Below are positions 39,801 through 54,800 of a stretch of DNA of 64,000 nucleotides, in pieces (the first letter of the stretch is position 1; the number at the start of each line of letters is the position of its first letter). The notes under the pieces are model-generated. The model was given only the letters and a program-made list of their open reading frames with translations. It searched no databases and was not told where the DNA came from. Origin of the DNA: Candidatus Cloacimonadales bacterium (GTDB taxonomy: Bacteria; Cloacimonadota; Cloacimonadia; Cloacimonadales; JAIOQZ01); contig CAXXTU010000002.1 of the NCBI GenBank assembly GCA_963662655.2, forward strand, positions 3,136,001 through 3,200,000, read 5' to 3'. Made by a program: the position numbers and the translations under genes.

Positions 39801-42800
39801 AGCCACGATGGAACGTTCACTTCTGCGAATACAAGTGATTCACCGTTGATATCGCTCGCTGTAATATTATAGGTATAGATGGCGTCTTCAATGGCATCCG
39901 TTACCGGCGTGGATGTGAATGCCGGCGGTAGCTGGATGAATACCACATCGAGCGTGTATTCATCCGAGACGCTCTGCATATCCATGTCGGTCGCTGTCAC
40001 CTTGATTTGATAGGTTCCAAGGTCCGAAGGCGTACCGCTGAAGTTGCGTGTGACCGCGTCGAACGCGAGCCATGCAGGCAGAGGACTGTCGTCGGACAGC
40101 GTGGCGGTGTAGGTCAGCGCATCCCCAGGCGTTGGTTCGGTGAACGTGTTCGCCGGGAATGTGTAATCGTAGAGTATATTGATGTAGGTTTCCTGATCGG
40201 GTATCGGATTGGAAACCACCGGCGGCTCAACGACATTCTGAACGTAGATGGTGAATATCTGATCGACGGGGATATTTGTCGAATCGACCACGGTTATCAC
40301 GACAGGGTTGTCACCGATGTTTGCCTGATACGGCATACCTGAAAGCGAGCCCGTGCCGTCGCCGTTATCCGTGAGGGTAAGCCAGCTCGGAAGAGTCGGG
40401 GCCGTAAGCGTCCAGGAGTCCATCGCATCGACGTCTTCTGTGACGATGTTGTATAAGTATGGTGAGGCTTCCTGTGCTATTGTATCCGGTACTGATGTGA
40501 AGTACGGCAGATCGTTCGCGTTGTATACCGTGATAATGAATATGTCGGAAGCGCTCAGGAGATAGATATCTGTTGCCGTAACCTTGATGGAATAGCTGCC
40601 AACATCTTCCTGGGCAGGCATTCCGTTGAAGGTACGGGCGAAGTCGTCGAAGCTCAACCATTCCGGTAAGGCGTCGCCGTTGGAGAGGGTTGCTTCATAA
40701 TACAAGGTGTTGTCGTAGTCCGCATCGCCGAAGGTATTCTCCGGGAATGTGTAGCTGAATGCAACTTCTTCCCAAGCGGATTGATCCGGGATCGGATTTA
40801 CTACAAACGGTGCATCCGGATCGTCGAGAACCTGAAGGATGAAGTCGTCGAACACGGCCAGGCCCTCGGAATCGGTCGCAGTCACCCGGATCGAATAGTG
40901 GCCAACATCTTCGTGCGTCGGGATACCGTTGAACGAACGGGTTTCCGGAGTGAACTCCAGCCATTCCGGCAGCGGAGAACCGTCTGTCAGTTTTGCCGTG
41001 TAGGTCAGGAAGTCACCCCACTGGATATCCGGATCGCTGAACGTGTCCGCGCGGAAGGTGAAGGAGTAGGATGTCAATTCGACAATCTCGTGATCGGGGA
41101 TCAGGTGCGTGACATAAGGCGCGTCGTTCACATTGACGACAAACAGCGTGAATGTGCTGATCGCCGTTTGTCCCGCCATATCCATAGCCGTCACATCAAC
41201 CATCATTGAACCTACGTTATCGTTGGTCGGCGTGCCGCTGAATGCTCTGGTTTCTTCGTCGAATGAAAGCCATTCCGGAAGCGGTCCGTTTCCACTGATG
41301 ATCGCGCTGTAGGTGAGGATGTCGTCGGCATCGAGATCACCGAATGTATCTTCTGGGATCGTGTAGAAGAATGCGGCATCCTGCACTGCGTTCTGATCCG
41401 GGATCGGATTTTGAACATAGGGTGGCGTATTCACATCGCGAACTTCGATCGAGAAGCTCTGCTCTGTCGGAATAGGCTCGATGCCGTCTTCGGCGTTGAG
41501 TGTAACGGGGTTGGCTCCGATGTATTGCCATGTTGGAATACCGGAAAGCGTCGCCGTTCCATCGCCGTTGTCGACCAGGCTCAACCAATCCGGAAGAACT
41601 GGTGCCGAGATATTGATGCCGAGGTTGGTGCCGTCATCCGTAACGGTGATGGAATACGAGTACAGTGTTCCTTCGTCCGCGGTGAGCTCCGGCATCGAGG
41701 TGAATACCGGCCCGTCGTTTTCATGGACGACTCTGATGATGAAGATATCGCTGGCGGTTCTGAATGAAGTATCCATTACCGTAACGCGGATGTTGTAAAT
41801 ACCGATATCGCTCAGAGAAGCGGTACCGCTGAAGGTTTTTGTTACCGGATTGAATGCGAGCCAGGCCGGAAGGGCGCTACCGTCAGCCTGATCTGCGCTG
41901 TATGTGAGAACGTCGCCATGAATGATGTCGTCGTCCGCGAACGTATTTTCAGGAACAGCGTACTCGAACAGCATCTCGATCACCGCACCGCGATCCGGTA
42001 TCTGATTTGCCACGTATGGCGCATCGTTCACGTTGATCACGGTAAGTGTGAAGGCCTGATCCGTCGATTGACGAATGCCGTCGTCCACACGGAGGATAAT
42101 CTCGCTCGATCCAACCGCATCGTTCGTCGGGGTTCCTGCGAGGAGACCTGTCCCGTCGCCGTTATCGGTGAGGGTAAGCCAGCCGGGAATCTGAACGGCG
42201 GTAATGTTGATGAACTCATTGTATCCGTCATCCTGCGTCTCGATTTCGTAGGAGTAATGCACGTCCTCTGTTGCGGTTGTGTCCGGTACGGAGACGAAGA
42301 CCGGCGGTACGTTGTTTCCGTAAACGGTAAGCACGAAGTCGTCGAACGCACTTGCGTTCATCAGGTCTGTCACCGTTACGCGCATGTCGTAAATACCGAC
42401 ATCCATGATATCCGGCGTTCCGGAGAATGTGTGTGTGTCGATATCGAAATCGAGCCATGCCGGAAGGAAGGACCCGTCGGCAAGTTTTGCGCTCCAAACG
42501 ATCTCGTCTCCCCAAATCAGGTCGTCGTCGCCAAAGGTTCCGGATGGGATCTCGTAGTTCAGGGCAATTCCCTGACGGATTCCGACGTCCGAAATCGGTT
42601 CGATCAAGTATGGTGCGTCGTTGGTATTGTATACGGTGATCGTAAAGGATTGCTCTTCGATCACGCGAACGTTGTCGTTAGCTTGCAGCACAATCTCATG
42701 CTCGCCAACATCGCCGTTTTTGGGAACTCCCGCAAGGACGGCAGTCCCATCGCCGTTGTCGGTGAGTGTCAGCCAGCCGGGAAGCGCTGTTGCGGTGATG

Positions 42801-45800
42801 TGGACACCGAATCCGACGCCATCGTCCATGGTTGTGATATTATATAGGTACGTTGCATCCTCGTTCACTTCCGTCACAGGCGTTGATGTGAACTGAGGAG
42901 GAAGGTTACCGTAGTACACTTCCAGGACAAACACATCGGAGACGCTGGCGAGAGAATCGTCGGTAACCGTAACCTTGATCGAGTAATTTCCGCTGTTACC
43001 GATTTGTGGCGTACCGCTGAATGCCAATGTTTCTGCATTGAAGGTCAGCCATTCGGGAAGCGGACTGCCCGTCTCGAGAGTTGCGTCATACGCCAGGTGA
43101 TCGCCATACATAATGTCCGGATCGGCAAACGTACCGCCCGGAATCGTGTAGTCGTACAATTCGCCGGCCGTCGTGGTCATATCCGGTATCGGATTGGCGA
43201 TGTACGGAGCGTCGTTCATGTTGTGAACCGTAATGGTAAATTGCTGGCTGGTCGCATCGCGGATGATTCCGTCGCTGACATAGAGAACCACCTCGTGAGC
43301 GCCGACATTATCGTTGCCCGGTACGCCGGACAGAACGCCCGTTCCGTCGCCGTTATCGACAAGTGCGAGCCACTCGGGAACAACGCCGCCGATAATGGTC
43401 AGTCCGGCGTTATTGTTGTCATCCGTCGTGACGATATCGTACGAATAGGTCTCACCCTGAAGTATTTCAGTCGGCGGTACGCTTGCGAACTCGGGCGCTT
43501 CGTTCCCGGCCCTCACAACGATATCGAACTGGTCGACCGCCGTTGCAAGAGAATCGTCGGTTGCGATCAGAAGAATCGAGAAAAGCCTTGCATCGAGAAT
43601 GGATGGCGATCCGCGATAGAGCATCGAGACGGGATCAAACACCAGCCATCTCGGCAGGTTCGAACCGTCGATGAGCTTCGACGTGTATGTCAGGTGGTCG
43701 CCGTAAGGTATATCCGGATCATCAAATGTATCCAGATTTGCCTGATACTGATAGAATTGTCCAATCACCGCGCGTTGGTCGGGATTCGGATTCACCACGA
43801 TCGGCGCATCGTTGATGTTGTGGACCGTTAGCTGGAACGTTTGCTCGACTTGCGAAGCAAGCCCATCGCTGACAAGGATCGTGATTTCGCTTTGACCGAC
43901 ATCAGCGTTGGATGGAATACCGGCCAGCACGGCCATGCCGTTTCCGAGATCGTTGAATGTCAACCATTCGGGAAGCGCGTTTGTCGAGAAGACCAGGCCG
44001 TCAAGACTGTACGCGTCGTCCGTTGCTGATATCTCATAGGTGTAGCGAGAATCTTGCGTTGCATTCGTAACCGGTGTGCTTGTGAATTCCGGAGCGTCGT
44101 TGCTGCCAATCACGCGCAGGTTGAATTCGTCGTTTGCTTCTTCTCCCTGAATATCGGTAGCCTTGACTCGAATTGGTATGATGCCCGTGTCGACAAGCTG
44201 AGGAGTACCGCTGAGGGTTCTACCCGCTTCGTCGATGAGCAGCCATACAGGCATCGGTGAGTCGTCTACCGTGGTGATTTCGTAAGAAAGAACATCACCC
44301 TGATCCGGGTCTACGAATGTGTCATCTGCGAATGTATAGCTGAAGAACGAGCCGGCGACAGCAACCTGGTCGATCAACGGATTTGCCACGTATGGCGGGT
44401 GGTTGATCGCGCTAACGTTGATATCGAACGCTTGCTCGACAGGAGCCGAGATTCCGTCGCTGACGCTGAGGACAACGCCGTTCGATCCGACAAATTCGTC
44501 GGTTGGCGTTCCGGTCAGCGTGGCGGTACCGTCCTCGTTATCGTAAAGAGCGAGCCATGACGGTACGGTTTCGGCCGTGATTACGAGACCGCCGAAGTTA
44601 TTTACGTCGTCGCTTGTGGTGATGTTGTACAGGTACAGCTCATCCACATTGATTTCCGTTACAGGTGAAGAGGTGAATACCGGCGGTTGATTCTCGGCGA
44701 ATATGCGCAAGAGGTAATCGTCGTCGGCCATCATGCCGCCATCGTCTGTAACGATAATCATGATGTTGTGCGTTCCGGCGTCGGCTACAGCCGGAGTTCC
44801 CTGGATTACCCGGGTTTCCGGATTGAACGTAAGCCATTCCGGAAGCGGCTCGCCATTGGCAAGCATGGCATTCCAGGTAAGAACGGAGGCTTCGTCCGGA
44901 TCCTCGAAGGTATTCTCGGGAACCGTGTATTGATACAGTTGCTCCGCGACCGTTGTCTGGTTCGGAATCGGATTGACGAGCACGGGCGGCTGATTGACGT
45001 CGAGAACTTCAATGCTGAAGGACTGGTCGATCGAAGGCAGGATGTTGTCCGTAACCGTCAAAACGACATCGTGAGTTCCAATGTCCGATGTCGTTGGCGT
45101 GCCCCTCAACAAGCCTGTTCCGTCTTCGTTATCCGTGAAGGTCAGCCACGATGGCAGTGTCGGGGCTTCGATCGTGATCCCCAGATCGATGCCATCGTCG
45201 GTCGTCGTCACATTGTAGGTGTATTCTATATTTTCGTAGGCCTGCGTTATTGGTAGCGATGTAAACACCGGAGGAACATCCTCGGCATAAACAGACAGCG
45301 TGAAGATATCAAATGCGGACTCCATGCCGGTATCCGTTACCGTTACCCGAATGGTGTAGGAGCCGATATCGACCGCGCTGGGCAGTCCGTAGAACCGTCT
45401 TTGCGCCGGATAGAAGATAAGCCAGGTATGCGTCCATGATCCACCGGATGTGATGATCGCTTCGTAGGTGAGAACATCGTCGGCGTCGAAGTCGGCAAAC
45501 GTGTTTTCCGGAATGGAGTAGTTGAACGCCTGGCCTACCAGGGCAGCCTGGTCGGGAATCGAGTTCACCAGCACTGGCGGAGTATTTACATTCTCCACAA
45601 CAATACTGAATAGCTGTGCCACCGGAGCTGCGATACCGTCAGAGACATTCAGAACGACATTGTGGGTTCCCACGTCTTCGTTGGCCGGCGTTCCGAACAG
45701 GGTGGCCGTTCCGTCTCCGTTGTCCGTGATGGCAAGCCATGCCGGGACTTGCGGAGCCGATATCGTTATGCCCATGTTCACGCCATCGTCGGCTGTGGTC

Positions 45801-48800
45801 ACGTTGTACTGATACAATACATCTTCGGTGGCCGTGGTAACCGGCAAAGACGTGAAGGACGGTGCAACGTTCGTTTCGATGACCTGAAGGATGAAATCAT
45901 CCCAAACGGTTCCGGCTTGCTGGTCGTTGGCAACGACTCTGATCGAGTAAGAGCCGACTTCCGTCAAGCCAGGCAGGCCGTTGAAGTATCTTGCGTTCGG
46001 ATTGAAGCTCAACCAAGCTGGAAGCGGATTCCCGTCGGTCAGCATTGCTGCATATACCAGGGCGTCTCCGTAGATTGTATCGTCGTCGGCAAACGTATTC
46101 TCCGGGAATACATAGGCGAACTCTTCATTGATCAGGATAGCTTGATCCGGTATTGGCTGATTCACATACGGCAAATCGTTGGTGTTCGTCACATTGATTG
46201 TGAATGCCTGTGTTCCCAGAACGCGGGTTCCGTCATTCACGGTGAGAACCACATTGTGGGCGCCGACGTTTTCATTCAGAGGCGTTCCTTCGAGCAGGGC
46301 GGTGCCGTCTCCATGATCTGTCAGCGTGAGCCAGGATGGAGCTTGAGGCGCTGAAATGACAAGAAGCGCTCCAGGATCGGTATCCTCGGTTACAATGTTG
46401 TACTGATAGAGGAAATCTTCCGTCGCGTTTGTGACGGGAGAAGATGTAAAGTATGGGCTGTCGCCGTTATTGATGACTTCCAGATGGAAGGTGTCTTCGG
46501 CAAATGCTGATTCGATGTCTGTCGCGATAACGACGATATCGAGGTCGACAACGTCGAGGTCGCCCGGAGTACCGCTGAAGGTGCGGGTAACATCGTTGAA
46601 TGACAGCCAGGCCGGAAGCGGAGAATTATCGGAGAGCTTCGTGCTGTAACTCAGTTCGTCACCCCAAACGAGGTCTTCGTCGTCGAAGGTGTTGTCGGCA
46701 AATGTATAGGTGAAGAACTCGTCTTCGGTTGCCGTCTGGTCGGGAATCGGGTTCGCGACGTACGGCGCACCGTTCACGTTGGTGACAGATATGGAGAATA
46801 TCTGATGGACCGGATCGGCGATACCATCCGAGACCACGATGTCCAGGTTGTTCGATCCAACGTTTTCGTTATCGGGCGTTCCGCTCAATGTCGCGGTTCC
46901 GTCTCCGTGGTTGACCAGCGAAAGCCATTCGGGAATCTCCACGGCGAGGAATGCCAGGCCGAAGTTTTGTCCGTCGTCGCTGGCTGTTACCAGGTATGAG
47001 TAAAGGACATCCTCCGTTGCGGTAGTGACTGGTGTCGATGTGAAAACGGGCGGGTCGTTCGATTCGATAACCGCGAGAGAGAAGTCGTCGGAAACGCTCT
47101 CGAGCTGCGTGTCACGAACGAATACCCGGATGTCGTAGGTTGTGCCGATCAGTTCCAGAGGAGCAACGCCGTTGAAGGTATGCGTCTCGGGATCGAATGT
47201 GAGCCATGTCGGAAGCGCGTCGCCATTTGTCTGGCGTGCGGCGTATGTCAGAATATCGCCAAACGGAAGGTCGTCATCCCCGAAAGTCGTTTCCGGGATG
47301 GTGAAGTTGTACAGCGTATTGGCGATTGCCGCCTGATCCATGAGAGGATTCTCCACGTATGGCGGTGTATTGACGTTGAGTACCTGCAACTGGAATTCGT
47401 CCGTCGCGGTCAGTCCGGCAATGTCGGATGCGATTACGCGAATGGTGTAGGTACCAACGTGGTTGTTCATCGGGATACCGCTGAAGGTTCTTTGTGACGG
47501 AATGAAGCTGAGCCAGCCCGGCAGCGGGTCTCCGTTCGAGAGTTCCGCGACGTATGTCAGCTGGTCGCCGTAGATGATGTCGTCGTCGGTGAAAGTGTCT
47601 TCATCGAAGGTGAACGAATAGGCTGCGCTTTCGTAGGTGACGTGATTCGGGATCGGGTTCACCACAACGGGACCGTCGTTTGTGTTCACTACGGTGACAG
47701 CGAAACTCTGCTCGACAGCCGGTGAGATTCCGTCGCTGAGCGTGAGGGTCACGTCCCATACACCGATCATCGAGTTGTCCGGCGTTCCGGTAAGATCGGC
47801 TGTCCCGTCCCCGTTGTCGTTCAACGTAAGCCATTCAGGGATTACCGGAGCCTGAAGGACGATTCCGCCTTCATTCACGCCGTCGTCGGATGTTTTGACG
47901 TTGTACAAGTACAGCGCATCTTCGAAGGTGGAAAGTAACGGACTGGATGTAAACTCCGGCGGGTAGTTCGAGGGAACGATTTCGAGAACGAACTCGTCTG
48001 TTGCGAACGCGCCTTCGATGTCCGTGGCCTTCACAACGATATCGTATTGTCCGATATCCTCGACTGCTGGCGTTCCGCTGAATGTAACGGTCGGAGCGTC
48101 GAAGCTCAGCCATCCCGGCAATGGAAGTTCGCCTGTGAGGCTCGCGCTGTATGTGAGTGCGTCACCCGTATCGATGTCGTTGAAGGTTCCTTCCGGGATT
48201 GTGTAACTGTACGCGATATCAACCCGAGATATCTGATCCGCGATCGGATTCACCAGAACCGGTGCATCGTTCACGTTCTGAACCTCGATGGTAAAGCTTT
48301 GCTCAACCGGATCTGCGATGTGATCCCACGCGGTGAGCCTTACATCGAATGTGCCGATCTCGTCGTTGGTTGGCGTTCCGGTAAGCGAGGCGTTTCCGTT
48401 GCCCAGGTTCGAGAACGTCAGCCATTCTGGAAGTTCGGGCGCTTCGAGCGTCAGGCCGAAATTCACGCCGTCGTCCTCAACCGTGATGTTGTATATATAA
48501 GGTATATCCTGTGTCGCGTCCGTGACGGGAGTGGATGTAAACTCCGGTGCGAAGTTGGATGCGAAAACAACAATATTGAAATGATCTTCTGCTGACTCCA
48601 GCGCAGCATCGGATGCTGTGAGAAGAATCGGATAGCTTGTTCCCGATTCGATGCCTGCTGGTGTTCCGTAGAAGCGCCGGTCGGATCCATCGAAGGACAT
48701 CCAGGCCGGAAGCGGAGAACCGCCTTCGAGGGTGGCCGTGTAGTTCATGAAGTCGCCGGGGTCCGGATCGTTGAAGGTATCTTCTGGGAAGATGTATTCG

Positions 48801-51800
48801 AACGGTGTATCCGTGAATGCGGCCTGATCCGGGATCGGATTAACCAGTTCGGGCGAGTCGTTGAAGTTGTTGATAACCAGGTTGAAGTCGTTATATACCG
48901 ATTCCCCTGCGATATCCGTGGCTGTCAGCCGGATGGAGTATGTCCCGGTGTCGTAGTCCGAAGGCAATCCGGAGAAGAGTCTCTGGCTTGAAGTGAAGGT
49001 CAGCCATTCGGGAAGTGGATTCCCGTCGCTAAGCGTTGCAGAGTATGTAAGGATGTCTCCGTAAGGGATATCCGGGTCTGTGAATGTGTTGGATGGGAAC
49101 GTGTAGTTGAACAAAACGTCTTCCCAACCGATGACCATTGAAATCGGATGAAGAAGGTAAGGTCCGTCGTTCACGTTCTCGACCGTGAGCGTGAAGATGT
49201 CCGTTCCGGTCGCTCCTTCGATGTCCGTGGCGATCACGGCAATACTGTACTCGCCGACATTAGAGTTCGCCGGCGTACCGGTGAATGTTCTCGTTCCCGG
49301 CTCGAAGCTCAACCATGCCGGAAGGGGAGAGGCGTCCGCGAGCTTGGCGCTGTAAGTAAGAGCGTCCACGGCGTCGATATCCTCGAACACGTCTTCGGTG
49401 AACGAGAACTGGAAGTAAACGTCCTGCGTCGCCGTCTGATCGGCAATCGGATTAACCACCTGCGGTGCGTTGTTCACGTTGGCCACGAGGATGGAGAATT
49501 CCTGCGAAACTTCCTGCGCGATGTTATCGCTGAGTGTAAGGATCACGGGATTCTCACCGACGTTGTCGTTTCCGGGCGTACCCTCGAGGAGAGCGGTACC
49601 GTCGCCGTTGTCCGTCAGCGTAAGCCACTCGGGAACGGTCGTTCCGGCAATGGTGAAACCATCGTCGATTCCGTCGTCGCTCGAGGTGATATTGTAGGTG
49701 TAAAGCACATCTTCCGTTGCGTCTTCCGATGGGGTGGAAGTAAACTGCGGCTGCTGATTCGTGGGAATCACGGTCAGGATGAAGTCGTCGAACGCTTCTT
49801 CGTTCGAGTTGTCCCGAACCGTCACGCGGATTTCGTACGTATCCACATCGTCGAGCGCGGGTTGGAAGGTGAAGTATTTCGATTCGGCGTTGAACGCGAT
49901 CCATGCCGCGAGCGGATTGCCGTCACTGAGTGCGGCAGAGTAGGTCAACTCGTCGCCCCAGATGATGTCGTCGTCGACAAACGCGTCGTCCGCGAGGTAG
50001 TAATCGATGGTGGTGTTTGCCGCGACGGTTCTGTTCGGGATTGGATTCGCGACAACCGGCGCATCGTTAACGTTCGCCACCTGAATCGTGAATTCCTGAG
50101 TTGAGATAACGCGAACGCCGTCGCTGACCGTGAGGGCAACCTGGTTTTCTCCGACGTTTGCATTCAGCGGAGTTCCTTGCAGGACTCCCGTGTTGTCGCC
50201 ATTGTCGTCGAGCGTCAACCACCCGGGCAGCACGGTGGCGTCAATCGCGAGGATTGCGTCGGGATCGTCGTCCGCCACGGTGATATTATATGTGTAAGGT
50301 GAATCTTCCGTACCCTGAAGAACCGGAGAGGATATGAAGTACGGATCGTCCTGCGTATTCTGTATCTCGATAGTGAATACCGAAGAGACGCTTTCCGATT
50401 GATTGTCGGTGGCGGTCACCTTGACCTGGATATTCTCGGGAACGGTCGGCGTTCCGGAGAAGGTCTCGGTCTCATCGTCGAAAGCTAGCCACGCCGGAAG
50501 CGGTGAATCGTCTTCAAGGGAAGCTGAAAGGATGAGCGCGTCTCCCCAGATGATGTCGTCGTCTTCAAACGTGTTCGCGGGAATCGTATAACTGAATGCC
50601 TGATCCTCGGTGGCGATCTGATTCGGAATCGGATTCGCGATATAAGGCGCATCGTTGGTGTTTGCGATCACGATTGCGAACTCGTCGGAAACGGATTCGT
50701 CCGAACGGTCCCTTGCCGTAACCCGGATGTCGTAGGTTCCCACCTCCGCGTTGGTCGCGGTACCGCTGAAATTGCGCGATGCAGGCGTGAATGTCAGCCA
50801 CCCTGGAAGGGGGGCGTCCGAAACGAGCGTCGCACTGTAGAACAGTGTGTCTCCCACGCCCACGTTCGCATCGAAGAAGGTGTCGCTGTTGAAGGTGAAC
50901 GTGAATGGCGTGTCCTCAAGACCGTTCTGGTTCGGAATCGGATTGGCCAGCACAGGTGGTTGATTGAGATAGCGCACCTCGAACTGGAACAAGTCTGTGG
51001 CGGAGGTGTTCGAGCTGTCGGTGGCTGTTACCTGTATCTCGAATATCTCGATATCCGATGCTTGCGGAGTACCCGAGAACGTACGAGTGGCCTGGTTGAA
51101 GGAGAGCCACGTCGGCAAGTTCTGCAGGTCGCCATCGACGTATTTCCGGGCAGTGTATGTCAGGTAATCGCCGTGGATGATGTCGTCATCGGTGAAAGTA
51201 TTTTCCGGGAACGTGAAGCTGTAGGCATCTGCTTCAGTAGTAACCTGATCTTCAATCGGGTTTGCCAGAACCGGAATGTCGTTCACGTTCTCGACTTCCA
51301 GCCTGAAGGTATCTACGGCGGTAGCAAAGGCCGTATCGGTCGCGGTTACCGCGATTTGATAGATACCAACGTCTTCGTTGAGCGGGATGCCATTGAACGT
51401 TCTGAGCTCGGGCGTGAAGTTCATCCAGGAAGGAAGGTCGACGATCGTATCGGTGGAATCGACCATTCCGGCGCTGTACAGGAGGATATCCCGAACAGGC
51501 TGGTTGTCCGGATCGCTGAATACGTTCGCGCTGAATGTAAATGTGTAGGGTAAATCTTCTGTGGCATGGTGATCGAGAATGGGGTTCAGAACGACGGGGC
51601 CGTCGTTCGAGTTCAGCACTTCGATCTGGAACACGACGGAAGCCGTGAGACCTGCCGCATCCTCGATGATGACCTTGATGCGGTGGATACCCCGATCGTC
51701 ATTCGTGGGTGTGCCCGAGAAGGTTCTTGTGTTGCTGTCGAATGACAACCATAGCGGGAGCGGTATTTCCCTTCCGCTGCTGTCCTGCACGGCGCTGTAC

Positions 51801-54800
51801 GTGAACGTATCGCCATAAGGCGTGTCCGGGTCACCGAATACGGAATCGGAGAAGGTGAATTCGAAGAGCTGATCCTCGTTAGCCAACTGGTTTGGTATCG
51901 GATTCAAGACGTAGGGAGGATCGTTCGTGTTCGCGATATTGATATCGAAGACATCCTCCGCGGTCAATCCCGGAACGTCCGTAACGATCGCCTTCACTGA
52001 AAGCGTACCGACGTTCTCGTTGCGTGGAATACCCGTGAATGTTTTCGTGTTCGGATCGAAATTCAGCCAATTCGGCAGGGGGGAATCGTTCGCCTGACGA
52101 GCGCTGTAGGTGAGAATATCGCCTTCGGCAATGTTTTCGTCGTCGAATGTTCCGTCAGGGATCGCGAAGCTGAATCCGCTGTCTTCGGTGGCGTTCTGAT
52201 CGTCAAGCGGCGTTGCTACGAATGGAGCGATGTTGATCCATGTAACCCAAAGCCTGAATACATCCGACGCAGCTTGCCCCGAGATGTCCTCGGCCTCGAC
52301 GCGGATAAAAATCTGGCCAATGTTCACATGAACCGGTGTTCCTGAGAAAGTCCGGGTTCCCGGATCGAAGCTCAGCCACGCGGGAAGCGGTGACAAATCG
52401 GAAAGGGTTGCGCTATAGGTGAGGTTATCGCCCGGGTCGTCGTCCGCAAAGATGGTGTCCGGCACCGTGTATTGGTACAGGTCCTGTTCCTGCGTGATCT
52501 GATCAGGAATCTCGTTGAGGACGTACGGAGCGTCATTCGTGTTGATAACCGTTATTGTGAACGTATCGATTACCGTCTCGGCGCTGAGGTCGGTTGCTGT
52601 CAGTGCGATGCTGTAAACAGCGATGTCCTCATTCGCTGGAGTTCCGGTGAATCTTCTGCTGAGGGGCACGAAGTTCAACCAGGCGGGGAGTTCCGATCCA
52701 TCCGATTGCTCGGCAGAGTAGCTGAGCGACTCATTCGGGTCCGGATCGAAGAATGTGTTTTCTGGGAATACGTAGTCGAGCAGGGTGTCCTCGTTGACAT
52801 TCACATTGCCAATCGGGTTGAGAACCTCCGGAGGATCGTTTACATTGATAACCTCGATGTTGAATGTTTGCGGTACCGGGTCGGCAATGTCGTCGCGAAT
52901 GGTGATCGCCACTTCGTTGAGGCCGATGTACTCGTTGGTAGGATAACCCGAAAGCGTGGCGGTGCCATCGCCATGGTCTGTCAGCGACAGCCATGCTGGA
53001 AGAGTTGGGCTTGCGTAATGAAGGCCGCAGACACTGATGGTGTCGTCGATTGCGGTAACATTGTATTGATAGAGTTCGTCCTCGTTCACCGTTAGGGGCG
53101 GCTCAGATGTGAAAACCGGGGGATCGTTCGTCAACGCGAAATAGAGTTTTCTCTCGATATTCACTCCGGTACCCTGTCCGGTGAAGCCCTGGTCGTTCAT
53201 GATCACGGTCATCGTTTCCATGCCTTCCACATCAGGGTCGGAGTAGTAATAGAAGTCTTTGAGATAGTTGTTCATGTTAGTTTGGCTAACAACGATAACA
53301 ACGTTGTTCGTGCCATCGCCGGAGATGAATCTCGAACCACCGTCAACGCTGAGAATACCCTTTGTCACGCTGATGTTCAAGATGAGCTGGTTCGATGCAA
53401 TATCGGGATCCCAAACTCTGATCGAATCGGCGGCGGTGAAATGGTAATTCAGGTTTTCATCGACATCGAGCGGAACATAAAGGCAGCTATCGACCTTTGT
53501 CGATCCGTGGAAAAGCTCTGGGGTGTCGTTGATGTCCTGTACTTTGATCTGAGCAATGTCGCTTGCCACGCTAAACGCCGTGGTATCGCCTACAGCGACG
53601 ACATTGTAGGTTTGACCGGCGTTACCAGCGCTTCTGTCCCAGGCGCGGAAACGTAAGTTGGCGTAACCGTTGTAGTTGACCATCGGAACGAAACGGATTC
53701 GATGTGTGCCCAGCGTACCATCAAGCAAAGGAGCAGCGCTTGAAATATCTACCAGGTCATTATCGATCGCGGTGAAATCGTCCCAGGTTATACCGTTGTT
53801 CGTGGAATATTGCCAATTACCGTAGGTGTTGTCCACTTCGATAACGGCGATGGCCTTTACCGTATTGCCATCCGGATCGTAAATCGCGCCGTTTTCGACG
53901 ATGTTTTCAATGAGGTTTCCGGGGTTGTCGTAGTCATCTTCAGGGATGCTTGTCAACACGGCGTTGTAGCTTGGATAAAGGATCGGAGCATCGTTAACGG
54001 GTTCTATATAGAAACTCAGGTTTCGATAAACATCATTACCGCCACCCTGACCGGTATTACCCTGGTCGTTGATTCTGATAACCAGTGTGTCGGGTCCCGA
54101 AACGTTCTGGTTGGGGTGAAGGGTAAAGCTGTCGAGGTAATCGTTGATCTGGTTGATCGTCGAAACGATGGTCACGTTGCTCGTGCCATTACCCGAGATA
54201 AAGCGGCTCATCCCCCGGTCAATGGTTAACGTGCAGTAGCTCGTCATCATGTTCAGGATAACTGGAGTATCAATATCATCTTTGTTTAGAATATCAACAT
54301 CGTCAATTCTGATTGAATCTGCGGGAGTAAAGGTGTAGAATCCATCTTCAAACACTGTAATATTAAGATCGATGGTTCCGGTTATCTCCGTTCCGTCCAT
54401 GAATAACTGAGGGTCGTCGTTCACGGCGGTAACATTGAAAGTGAACTGATATTCGCCGCTGAACTCGGTTGCGGAATCCATAACCTGGAAGTTGAATGAA
54501 GAGTATGCAGTGCCGTTTCCGTTGATTTCAGGAGTGTATTTCAATAAATTCAGCGCTGGAACGTCAACGGGATAGGGAACAGAGCCGGCCCCAATGGTAA
54601 ATCCCATGTAAGTAATCGTTCCGTGGTCCGGAATCGATGTGAGCCTGACGGCAAGAAATTCGTTCCCATCCGAGTCGTTGAAGGGAAAGTCTGATTCCGA
54701 GAAGGTCCAGACCGAATCTTCCAGAATTGTCTTCGTTACATTCGCACTTGTTGGTGCACTACGGTGCAAAGTGTCTCTCGATTGAGCCGCAATCGAGGTG